NCBI GenBank assembly: GCA_002633005.1 | Contig: NMRA01000639.1 | Span: 168,456-232,455, forward strand | Source: Phoronis australis | Taxonomy: Eukaryota > Animalia > Phoronida | Length of the DNA: 64,000 bases | Reading direction: 5' to 3' | Shown here: piece by piece, positions 20,601 through 33,000 of the stretch | Numbering within the stretch: position 1 is the first letter of the stretch | How the letters are laid out: each line of letters opens with the position of its first letter | Translations under genes and position numbers: made by a program | The notes under the pieces: model-generated | What the model was told of the DNA's origin: nothing | The model's input: only the letters and a program-made list of their open reading frames with translations | Database searches by the model: none

Positions 20601-23600
20601 AGCATATCCTTATTTATTATTAATGAAAAGTACATTTTTTTCATTAATGCCAAAAACTTGTGATTGTAATAACGATCTTTACTCAGCCCAAATTGAGCTT
20701 ATTGTAAACAACAAGTTGTATTTCTGCATATGTAGTTAAGTTTCTTAAGAGAGTCATTCATGTGACATTTCAAACGCTTAAGAGCTAACTTGAGTGCTAA
20801 CTTAAGTGTAAATTTTGTGTTGTTACAGGTACGAGAGGTTCGAAGTGTTGGCTGTGTTTTCTTGCACAATGTTAGCTCAGTTAGGTGCTTTATTTGTTAC
20901 AAAAGAAAGGTGAGATATTTTCCGTGGTTCCTGTTGATTCTGTTTCACAAACTAAACACACCTGCATAGGCACAACTCTTTTATCATAAAAGACAAGAAA
21001 TCTTGGACACGATTTTGAAGTTTAGTCTGCGTATCTTGAAATCACAGTCAATTTCGTCACGTCTTGAATAATTTTCATTCTATCTTGCCATGTTTCATAC
21101 AAAAAACATTTCTGGAGTGTTTTGAACTTTAGTGAAACATTTTGTGTGGTCGCATCACCTACTTGATTCTCTCTTCCAAACATTGCTTCATTTTGTTGTT
21201 TGTCTTTTGTAATATGACGATTGTTTGAATTGAATTTTTATGTGAAATAGATTTTCCTAATTATGTTAGTAATTACGTGGGTTTCATCCCAGTGTGTGAA
21301 TTACGTAATTCTGCACCACAATATTGTATTAAAACTAAGTGCGTGTGACCCTGACTACAAAGAGCACCCTACATTGTCCTTAAGTTCAGTAGCCATATAT
21401 CAGTGCTGCAATCACTATTAACAGCAATGAAATAACAGTTAACGACAACATGTTTTATTTTCAGTGTTGAGAGGTTGCTTGAACCTGAAGAAATTCACTT
21501 GTAAGTAATCAGTGAAAAAATGCCGTTATGATCTGTTGTTGTTTTCGATTTTTAAAATTTTTTGTTCTGTCTTCAGTTTAGTGATTGACATGTTGCCAGA
21601 TTTAGTGGTGTTCTCATAAACCATTCTTGAGGTGATTAAAAAGGTGTTGTGTTACATTTCTGTGGCTTTATGTTATCTTTTCAATCTGCACAAAGTCTCT
21701 AGCATTGATTTTTCTACTTCATCGATAGTTTTATATTTTGTGACTACATTGATCCTTCAGTTATTTCCAAAGGCCAACTACCTTGCAGTAAAACCTTCAT
21801 AAGCTGGACATGCATAAGTCAGTCTTGCTCTCATCTCCGACAAAGTTCTGCAGTAAAATATTCTATTTCGAAATCAGATTTCGTCATTACTCAAATAAAG
21901 CCTCTTCACCCACCAACTTGTACGTTTTACTTTAATGGTCAAAATTATTCAAAACGTTGTTGCACAGAAGCTGTACATTACAAACCATCCAATATTTCTT
22001 TCTGGTGGGAAATTTGACAAAATAAAGTGCTGTCACTGTTGACTTTATTTCAGAGGTCGCCTGTTGATGGGTGCCATGCTAGCCTTATGTATACACATTA
22101 TCACAGTGTACAGCCTCAATAACAAAGCTATCACGCATGTTGTGGATGCCTCCAGCTCTAGTTGGTTACAAGAACATGTGGCTGACATGAGTGAAAGGTA
22201 ACATAGGGGGCAGCAGTGGCTGACACGAGTGAAAGGTAACATAGGGGGCAGCAGTGGCTGACATGAGTGAAAGGTCACATAGGGGGCAGCAGTGACTAAC
22301 ATGAGTGAAAGGTCACATAGGGGGCAGCAGTGACTAACATGAGTGAAAGGTAACATAGGTGGCAGCAGTGTCTGTAAATGATGCGTCTTGACAGTATATT
22401 CGGATATTTAGGCCCATGAGCCTGTATGTGATGTTGTGCCTATGTGCCAACCATTTTAGGTTATGTAGGACCTTGCTGACAGGTCTGCATATTTAGCCAA
22501 ATATCTACAAAATTATAGATTTTAATTCAGTAAATGTGTAATCTGAAGGCAGACAGCCTGTAGAGTTTGATCTTTCACTTGTTACCAATCTGTCATTATT
22601 TGAGTGATGTGACCATAACTTTTTTGTAAAATTCAATATTGATGGTAAAACAACGGTATCCATAACACGTCAATCAAATTTTAGTTGATATATATTTTCA
22701 AGGCGGGCTCTCAAAAAAGCTGTTAAAGCTTCTAAAACTTTGATGGCCCCTGCTTTAAAAAACAATTCTATTTTTACAAAACATGACTTCATCTGTATCT
22801 GAAACTAATAGCCACATGCGTTTGGACAAAAATGTCTTTAAAAACACATTATTTTGAAAAAAGGGGCAGAGGCCTAAATACACACATGTATGGATAAACA
22901 GTTGCTATGATATAATTCGCGTCAAATGAAGTTCATTCACTGCTTACGTAGTGAATAACGCATTTATTGTCAATTGAATTATTGAACGCCTGTACACTTC
23001 ATCAGTGTTTTACTACTGGGTACCACTATATTTTTTGGTGGCGCTCATTCCAAGTCTGACAATAATCGGTAACTTTGTAGTCACCAGGTGGTGCTAGAGA
23101 ACAGACTCCTTTTTAATACTTGAGTAGATTGAGAGCAGCGTACTGACTCCTGTGTGCTGACAGTCCCTCATGACTACCTGAATGAGTGCAGCATGCTGAT
23201 TAGCAGTCTCACACCTGATTGCATGCATTTCTATAGGAAGGACTTTAGATGTACTAGTACCATCTAGTGAATTTAAGTCTGCCATTTCACACTGAATGTG
23301 AAACCCTGCTGTAATTTGAGACTGGCGTGCTTGTTCAAACTGAGTTGGAGAATTTGTTGTCAACTGTTGGAAGTCTTGATCTGCTTTACGTTGTTCAGTA
23401 TATGACCTGTCTGACCTGTCATGTATTTGTGATGAATGTTTACATATTCTGTTCTCTGTTTCAGTGTCTGTCACTTCATTCCTGGCCTCAGTAAAGTCTT
23501 GTTGCCAAGAATCAATCCCTTCATTCTGGTCGGCTATTCTGGTGCTCTCGCCGTACTGGGTGTATATTTTGCAGTAGACCTAAGGTATGACCGCTGAAAA

Positions 23601-26600
23601 TGCGTCTTAAGTACGTTTAATCATGATCTTTAATAAGAAATATTTCACTGTCATCATAGTTCGGGGTTTGTACTGGATATTTTGTCCACACCATGGTACC
23701 ATGGTGCACACTTGTGCAATTGCATCAGCTGATGAAACTCATAAAATGTCTGATCACCAACTGGTAAGATGGCAGGATAAAGTTTTCCTGTGGATTGTGT
23801 AAAGGCGTGTTTATGTCAGGGATAGGAGTTTTCCGCTTTACGGTGGATTTCCGATTTTTCTGAGTAAAAATCAACCTTTTTATAGTATACTTTTTCCGTT
23901 GAGAAATTTTCCAATTATGATAAGGGGGAGGGGTTTGTTGCTTCATGATGCTCAGGCATTATTCAGTCCTATGACAATCGTTCATGTTTACATTTTTGTC
24001 ATCTTCAGTGTCGCTAAGTCTCGTGGTAGAATATATGTTATCTACAATGTAATTGGCCTAAACATCTATGGCAAGAGCGTGATAGGCAATCACAACAATT
24101 CTTACAAAAAACCCACAACTTGCACATGTTCATTGGCTGCTCTTCATCAATGCGTTTCTCTTTCGTATCGACTTTTTAATACTCAAAATACCCCATAAAA
24201 TTGACAAGTGAGACAAAGCGAATGTATTTGGAATTGATACTAATATTGTAAACAAGCTTCGATGGGATTGGTTGGATTGTGATAATAACTGTAGTAGATG
24301 GCAAGCATTATCTCGTGGCTGTTAGCATCGGCGATTTTGTGGGAAAAGCATTGTGTACCGTTAGTGGTGGCGTGATTAACTACTGACTCTTGAATGTAGA
24401 GGGTGGTTTTATTTTGAATTCAACCAATACTCCTATTGATTTGATGCACATTTTCATATAAATATATGAATAAGACAAAAAAATATCTACTACAGCTCAG
24501 ATTGTTGGAAAGGTGGTTTCTGAAGTCTTATTTTTAAAAATTTTTATGGGGATGTCCCCCAGACCCCCCTTCATTGCCCTCAAGTTTCTTTCTATTTGAT
24601 GAACACCCACTCTCGTCCTGTTAGGCCTAGACTGCGTTCTGTAGATGTAAGACGTTCTGAAGGAAAGGCTGAGTGTGATCTTGGGCTTCACTTCTAGTGG
24701 CAGTGCGTTTTTTGCCAGTTTCTTGCGTTTGCTGAACTAAGCCCTCATGTGTAGAAAGACTTATGTAGTTTCATGGCCATTATCTTTGAGTGTGCTCGAC
24801 GTGTTCCTTGTGAAACCATGGTTACCTGATTGTTAACACGCTGTGTGTCCTTGTTTGTATCTCAGGTCCTATCACAGTGCAGACACAGTGGCAGCAGTGT
24901 GCATTGCAGCTATGACGTGGGGTACCATGTTCCCTATGAGCATATATAGCGGAAAAATATTACTACAGGTACTTGACTTGGTGCTGAGGAAAACTGAAAA
25001 ATAGTTGAGTTTATAACAGTTACTCAAGTTGATTTTTAGTACAGTTCAAGCCAAAAGTATATCAGACAAAATGACCCAAAATTGTTCGTCATGACGGGTA
25101 GTCGGAATCCGAATTCATTTTCAGAGCACAGTCTTCTGAACGAACGGTGCGATAAAAATTCTCCAGTTTGTGAAAGTTAAGACTTAATTATTTTGTTCGA
25201 GGTCAGAACACGTTCCAAATTCTAGAAATCGACTATGTTGGCCATCCCAAATCCAAGAATTGCCGGAAAGACACCAAAATTGCCCATGTCTGTGTCCCAA
25301 ATTTAGAGACTGTCCCGAATTGATGAATTTGTACTGTTATTAACAGGAACATTTGTAAGGTAGCTCAGCCATACTGCAATTAGAATTTCGCCTCCCTAAT
25401 AGTTACTGCTTGCTCTCAATAGAATTAAGCAACATGACTTGAAAATGTTATTTTGTTCGATTACTTTTGTCTTGTTCCGTAGGTGTGCTCGTCTGACTTT
25501 CTCTCTACTGACGTAACAGTTTACGACAGTTTTTGGCGGCATCCCAGAGCCTGTTGCATTTAGATCAATGAATACATCATTTGAGCGCAAAATTGATACA
25601 CTGCTGAACAAACCCTAATAAGTGGCGTCAAACAATCTTTTCTTAAGAAATGCTATGTTTGTTCGCAATAGCATTGCACAGGTTTACAAGTCCAAACTTT
25701 GGGGTCCCTAGCTCAAGTAGAAAAAACTGTTATCCAAAGTTTGAGGCCTGTTCGGGAGAATCACCCTAACTGTAAATTTGAATCCTGCTGTTCATGGCTG
25801 AATGCTGTGTGTCTTCTTTGACTTTTTTGTGTTATTTCCAGACTACTCCATCCCATGTTATTGGACAGCTTGACAAGTGCCTGAGAGAAGCTTCTACTCT
25901 AGACGGAGTACTGGAGTTCAGACACGAGCATTTCTGGACTCTCTCCTTCAATGTTTTGGTAGGTCACATTTCTGGACCCTCTCCTTCAATGTTTTGGTAG
26001 GTCACATTTCTGGACCCTCTCCTTCAATGTTTTGGTAGGTCACATTTCGTTGGTTCTACATTACGGCCTTTAAAATGTGCTTTCTCAGGCAGGTCTGTGA
26101 AAATGTACGAAGCTCCCACTGTTCATTTTTGGGCTCTCACTGTTCATTTTTGGGCTCCCACTGTTCATTTTTGGGCTCCCACTGTTCATTTTTGGGCTCC
26201 CACTGTTCAGTTTTGGAATGGGTCTTAGGGCTCTGTCAGAGGAAGGTAGTTTTCAATACAATGCCAACTGTTTAAGGCAATGGGCTGAAATTGAATGGAA
26301 ATGGAATACACATTGGAAACGCTAATAAAATGTTGGGTCTCGAGTCACCCATTAAATTCATTTTGTTTAGACTTGAAATAGCTGTAATAAATACCTAGAT
26401 CCTGGGAAGCCAAACATTTACTTACACTTGAAGAATTGTGATAGAATAAATGGAAATATTGATCCAATTTTTCTTCCCTTTGTGTCTCTGAGTAATTCAG
26501 CTGCAGCTCTTCTTGCAAACAGCCGGTTTATAGGCTTTTGCAATAATGTTAGGAAATATTGCTTGGAAATATTAATGGCAGGAAATGATTTAAACTGGGG

Positions 26601-27595
26601 CTAGCGGTGTTCTTCATATTCTTGGAACCCCAGGGCTTCTTCTGAATGGTAAAAAAGTTAGAAAAAAAGTACCAGTTGCAAATTAACGACACTTTTTTTT
26701 CATACTGTGCCTAGCTGACTGTCTCATAAACTTTTCATGTTCTGCAGAACGAGCATTTCTCGTGTAGCTGCTGTAGACTTTGTTCAGCACATAATATCCG
26801 CTGTTGGAGAAAACAACGAAACATTTCTGTTACGGTTAATTAATCTCCTCGACACATCGGCTTTGTTGAAAAATTTTCTTCAATATCTGATTTGGACCAG
26901 TGCACAACTGGATGGGTTTGGTACTAAAGCTCAAGAAATTTTATCATTTGCTATAAGAATCAACTGTGGCCATTTGGAGTTGGTAGTGGTACTCTAGTGT
27001 TAAGAATATTTTTGATAAAATATTTTTAGGAACTGGTTTTGATACTTGGAAACTGTTTGCTAAGACAACTGCGATATATCAAGTTTGGTGTGTATTTCAG
27101 GCTGGTTCAATGCATGTGAGAATAAGAAGAGATGCCAATGAACAACTGGTATTGGCCCACGTCAGCAACCGTTTGGCGAACTTAGTGAACAACTTGACCA
27201 TTCAAATATTTAAAGATGATTGGTCGCGGGCATCAGCGTATCAAATCATTACCAACCCATCGTTGACACCACCTAGACTTTCCAGCCCAAATTCAACAGT
27301 TCCACCGTCATTGTTCAAAGCGGACTTCAGCAAAATTTCATCGGGTTCATTCTCTCAGCATGCATCGGAACAAAGTTTTAATTTGTCTAACCTCACCAAC
27401 AGTTTTGCCCAAGCCAACGGAGGTTTTAACGCAACGGCTAACAACAGTCTAAATACCACCAGCCGGTCTGGTTATACTCAAAATGTGGACTACTTACTAG
27501 CAAGGACACTTGCTGGTCATTCCTCACTGTCCCATGGTCATTCTCATGACCACAGTGATGGTCACTCGCATGGTGACCACGGCCATTCACACTAA
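14616..27595 (+). CDS. SLC30A6: Zinc transporter 6 (CDF family), 12 exons, ~502 aa
   Basis: Exons 14616-14703, 17865-17995, 18438-18522, 19335-19377, 20432-20497, 20829-20909, 21465-21500, 22054-22197, 23465-23584, 24866-24968, 25842-25958 and 27101-27595, all GT-AG and frame-consistent. Diagnostic ZnT6 peptides: GTIHPF, ALTAFTYLTIFD, FSFGYERFEVLAVF, SSWLQEHVADMS, LLPRINPF, SGKILLQTTPSHVIGQLDK, GSMHVRIRRDANEQLVLAHV, LTIQIFKDDW. Exon 1 is less certain because the N-gap lies in intron 1. Confidence 0.95.
16289..17611 (-). mobile_element. Probable LTR retrotransposon 5' LTR plus primer-binding site, spanning the assembly gap
   Basis: On the minus strand the segment starts TGTCAG at 17611 and contains GGGTATAAATA (17281-17271). 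Just past the gap it reads TGGCGGTCAGTGAG (16302 down), which is PBS-like. No gag/pol or second LTR is seen. Confidence 0.45.
16303..17050. other. Assembly gap (N run)
   Basis: Run of n; the poly-X ORFs crossing it are artefacts. Confidence 1.
22178..22370 (+). repeat. 38-bp minisatellite x5 overlapping the SLC30A6 exon 8 donor
   Basis: Unit GTGGCTGACATGAGTGAAAG|GTAACATAGGGGGCAGCA starts at 22178, 22216, 22254, 22292 and 22330. Confidence 0.95.
25929..26048 (+). repeat. 38-bp minisatellite x3 overlapping the SLC30A6 exon 11 donor
   Basis: Unit CATTTCTGGACYCTCTCCTTCAATGTTTTG|GTAGGTCA starts at 25929, 25967 and 26005. Confidence 0.95.
26112..26216. repeat. 21-bp minisatellite x5
   Basis: Unit GCTCCCACTGTTCATTTTTGG. 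Confidence 0.95.
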
Positions 27596-30049
27596 TGAAT
27601 CGGGTATTTGTTGTTATGCAATCAGTTACAGTAAAACTCACAAAAGTCAGATATAAGTAATCTTCGTCTTCCAAGGTAAGGGAGGTATGTCCCAGTTATG
27701 GGATTTGACTTGTGTGAGTTTTGCTGCATACTATGGTTGTGAGGAACTTATGTTGATGTCTTAGATTTATACAAAATGTTCAACAATAAACCATGTGAAA
27801 TGAATTTGTTTGTAAACTTATTTTAGTCATAATAATGCTCGAAACCAATTTGTAATGGAAGCCCAGGTGTCAATCCAAAACAAAATTAATTGCAACTAAA
27901 AAGATTTTTTCATTTCCAGTTTTCATTCTATGGACCATCGCATCAAGTTTAGTTTATAATCTGTCTGGGCACCGTTGTTCAGAATGACTTCATAGCAGCT
28001 GTGTCTTCATGTTCATTAACAAAACGCCCTCTATTACTGGCACGATGGGCAAGGTCACCAGTGGATTTGTGCAACACAAGAATCGCGAGTATACTCTAGA
28101 CTGATTTATTAATGTACAACATTAATTTCTCCAGTTCATGTGACTATGTTTTAAGCATGATTAAACAAAACAAAAGATAAATGACGATGGCATTTTGTCC
28201 ACGCATGATTTAACTCCTGCACTGTTAAAAAAATGCCAAGAAAGCTAGTTGGTTCTAACTTGCAGGTTCTTAAACATCATTTTAGAGGTCTGTTTTACCA
28301 ACAATAAAATCTTCAATTTGGAAAAAAATTAATGGCTGAAATTGGTAATTTGTTTAGCTTTCAAAGTCTTCCTACACCCTGTAAATGCTTAACATTCTAT
28401 CAAATATTGCTCGTTGACAAAAAAACCGCATAAACCAATTTTCCCAACTTAAATTGAAAATCTAATCCTCTATATTGTGTCCCAAATGGAATTTTACCGT
28501 AGTCCAGAAATGTTGCATGCAGTGTGGTTCACAAACTGGCGCCTGGAAAATGGGTCAGCCAGCCACCCCAAGAAGCGAACGACACATCAGCTGTACGGAG
28601 CCATCCTGCAATGGTCCTTTAAACATCCAGGTGTCACCCGTTGACAAAAGAATTGTTAAGTGTTTTGCATAAGACATCTTCAGTCCTTCAAGCAGAGTGT
28701 TATCAAGTGGGATTTTTTCGCTTATCGCCTTTGAACCAAGTGACTAAACAACCTAAGAGCTGGGTTCCATGAGCCCAGGGCAATCATGAAGCACTTTTAG
28801 GGAGAAATTGTATGGAACGAAAAAAATTCTATCCCATAATTCAACATTCCAACCTCACTGACCAATCACCACTGTCATTTATCTAGAGTATGCCAATAAT
28901 GTTCCGACCACACACGCAAAAAACTAGGTCTTGTTTTATGCGAGTTTTTGACAACTTTGGAATACGCCCCAGAATAATGTACTTAAAAGTGTTTTTTGAA
29001 ATGCTGACATCAGTCCAAAATAGTGTTATTTCAAGCAGTTTACTGAAAATAAAGGATGCAGACATTTCCTCCCTACAGCTAACTGCACCATCACAGCCTG
29101 CAATAGCTTGCAACAATATTTTCAAATTTGGAAATACAATGAACTTAAAGCTTGAGAAGTCGCACTGTTATGAAAAGCCATAACTAGAACCAACAACGCT
29201 TTCTTTGGGTAACGCTGGGGCAAGCAGGAGCAAATTTGCCAAAAATATTCTTTGACCAGTTTTTAAGAAGTCATGGTCTAAGAGAAAAGCCTAGAGCGCT
29301 CAATAATGCTATAACTTACAGTAAGATAGATTAAGTACTGCACCCAGAGAGTTTACAACAGAACGAGCAAGAGATGATGGTGTGGAGAAAACAGATCCTT
29401 TGATGACACAAAATAAATGAACTTGGAGACTAGATTCTTCACACTTTCAAAAAGAGATTATAGACCATCAAAACTAGATAATCATGCTACAACTCTCCAC
29501 CTAAACTAATTTTAATTCCAGAGATTTCTCAGTACAACTATTGTGGCAACTGCTGGTACTCTACTGTATACAAAAGCTCAAATTGTTACGAGTACAAAAC
29601 GGTGAATGGGGAGTTGATGCTTTTAGAAATCAATCAATAAGTTAATTATGTTAATGAGGAAATAACGACAAACCACGTCACGATAAGTCGTCTAAAAATA
29701 CGTACACATGGTACTAATAAAAAAAAATACGAGTTACGTGGTGGCGTATACTAATATGAAAAGGTAAAACTAAGCCTAATGACTTTGAAGTGATGCAAAA
29801 ATACAATACTGCTGGAAATAAGACAATCCTTTCCTATTAACAAACTAGCACCATACACTTACAATAGTGATGTGAAAACGGTGGCTAGTAGTCAAAACAA
29901 ACCATTATGAAGCTTGTTGTAACTGCCAAATGCCAATACATAGTATGTATAAATAACCAGACTGGAACAGAAAACAATTATAAATAAAAATAAATAAAAT
30001 ATCAACGAGGATTAAAATACTACCGACTGGCATCACCAGGAATGCATGC

Positions 30050-33000
30050 TTATGATGGGTTTTTTAGAATACGTTTTTGTCTGAAGTCGTAGACAGATCG
30101 ACAGAGAAATACTGTCTCGTCATCGACCTCGGCTGGCGGGAGTCGACTTGAGCGGGGATACGGTGTCTGTGACAGGGGTACTACGCATGGTCTACAAGGC
30201 TGGGACTGTTCCAATCTTCTTTGCTCACTCTTGTACCTGTAAGCAGACAGTGAAGACAATACTATAAATGAAAGATGTCTAAAAGAAAATTTTAAATCTA
30301 TCGACCATATTGAAAATAAGTTCGATAGCTTCAATGGTTAAAGGTGGAACTAAAGATGAAAAACATGGCTCATAAAGAATAGATGCAGGCTTATCCCGAG
30401 GGGGGTCCACTATAGGGGCCCACAAAACAACTGATGTAGGCTTATCACAAGGGGGTCCACTAAATGGGCCCACAAAACAACTGATGCAGGCTTATCCCGA
30501 GGGCATCCACTATATGGGCTCACAAAACCTTCCAATGCACAAACAGTACAAGTAATCTGACAAAATACTCTTATCATAACAGCTCGTTCTGGTAATAGCA
30601 AAAATGAATGGTAATAAGTATAAAGACTGCAAAATTTTAATTACAGAATGGCTTAGCCAGCATACTTACTTCCCCTTCATTCTCGGTCATCAGGGGAGAC
30701 TACTCTGGCAATGAATTTGGTTTCCGCCCAACTCTCATGCTGGGGAATTCCGGATGATTTTCACTTGGCTTGTACTGCACACGCACAAAATGACCCGGCA
30801 CATTACAGGATAAAAGTATTCAGACAAGTGTTTCCTGTCAAGATGGCTAATTCTGCTCAGAGCAAAATGACGGACGGCTATTACGATGGGGAATGCCACT
30901 CGCACACAATGACAGAGAATTCCAGGTTCGATTTTTTAAATTAATTTTGGTGTGCGCAACACAGACTCTTGTAAAACCAGATGAAATAGTGCAAGACGAC
31001 TCAGTTACCTGGCAAACTCACAAGGTGTGAGTACATAGGCCTTGTCTTCGATACACGCCACGCTCGTCTCGTCCCAGTGTTTGGAAGTGAACAGCTCCTG
31101 GTGCACATGGTAAGCTAATCGCCCGGCGTCCGTGTGTTCAGGTCGGTAGTACCATAACACGCTCATCATCTTCTCGTCTGCAGGTAGACAACACACCTGA
31201 GCTGAGAGGCCAGGATGACAGACAAAGGTTACGTTTACAGCTAAGGACTTTTACCACCCTTTTAATCGTGTTTCCTGGCTATTTTACATAGATTCTACAG
31301 GACACTAAGATTCATTTTCTGAATGTGATTATTCTTTGTAAATGTTCAATAAAAACCAGATGAAAGTTTTAATAGTCATTTTCTTCACTACCCTATCAAG
31401 TCAAAACACTTTCTTGCTGGTTAAAAGATAACTACGAGAGCAAAAGTATTCCACATCACCTGAGTTCGGTGGAGTATGCATCGGCTCATCAGATAGTCCA
31501 GGATTATATAAGGCAAGAAAATTCAATTCTTAGCGGGTAACAAAATGACACATAGAGTTAAATTTCAAATGGTAAATTGCAGTGACGATTAAAGTAGAAA
31601 AAGAGATAACGATTATGACATCTATAAAAATTAATTATTTTACTCAAGGCAGCTTGTACCAAATTTTAGAACTGGGGAATATTGGCCAGCCCAAGTTCAA
31701 GAATTATGATCAACCACAAACATCATTCTCCCCCATGTTACACGCAATGGGCTTTTTTGACAAATGTTTGAACTACCCAGTTTATTTTCAGACTCTGTTG
31801 ATCCAAAATGCAGTGTTTGATATTTGAGAAATATGAACACCAAAACCACTCAGGTCTCAATCTTCAGAAAACAAGTAAATTCAATTCCAGCTTGAATTTC
31901 CGTGTCTCAAATTTAGAGACTGCGCAAACTGGAGGAATTTTTACTGTACAAGGAAGTTATTTTCCATTTTCACACTTACTGTCTTGTGGATTCTCCCAGA
32001 GAGCTGCAACCTTTGCAACGTATGGCACATCCGACTTGCGAGGCCCAGAACAGATAAGTACGCAGTCTCGCACACTGACGGTATCACCGTTCTTATGTCG
32101 CATACAAGGATAGCACCGTCGCTCAACGACTTGTTCGTCTGCCTATAAATGGAGACAATGTGCTTTTAATGTTTACAAACCAAATACAGTAATGATGTCT
32201 TTTCAACTGAGAATTCTACTAAGCTGTACATTATAGTAACTAAAACTTTAAGCAAATTAAACCAGTCAGTTATGTTGAAATAAACTTGAAAACAGAAGTT
32301 CTCTACCGGAAACTTTCATAGTAAATGTCGCCCGATGGGTGATTTATTTAAAGTGCGAAAGTATCCAACACTGAAAATATATTCTGGAAAGCATTGTAGT
32401 TTTTCACCCAATTATTTGCCAAGTGAAACAACCTGCCTCCCCCAATCTAGAAATCGAACCTAAGATCTCCCATATACTAGCTCCAGACGTGTTTCCCCAG
32501 GGTTTCAAAAGGAACGCGGTGGTGAATCGTTGCAACAGATGCGGAGCGCCGTGATATCAAGGTATGATGAGTTTTGAATCATTCTAACGTATTTCAATCA
32601 CCATTTCAAGTTGCATTAGGAAGCGAACACGCCAGGACAGGACAATTTAATAATCCATTCGATGCAGACAACTAGGCCTACTGAAATAACTAGACTGGTC
32701 CATGGTTTATCAAACTATTGACTATTTCGTGCAATATAATTCACATTGTTATACGACCTCTTTTTATAAACGTGAACACAATAAAATGCCATAAACTGAT
32801 TATGTTTAACAAGAGGAAAAGTTCAAAATTGGACTTTAATCACTCCTTCCCCGGTTCAAACCGCATTGATTGAAGGGCAAGATTACAAGTGGCGCGGCCA
32901 GAAAGAAGCGTGGCGGGCCACAAAGATATTTGCACCTATGGGAAACGCTACACACTGACCATTGAGCTGTCATGACCAGAAAGAGACAATACATTTCACA

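Noticed and set aside
22045-22356. Cys/His-rich repetitive ORF; also CRISPR-like periodicity
   Set aside because: It is the antisense translation of the 38-bp minisatellite. The units are contiguous without unique spacers, and the DNA is eukaryotic with no cas genes.
26075-26275. ORF with SHCSFLG repeats
   Set aside because: Translation of an intronic 21-bp minisatellite.
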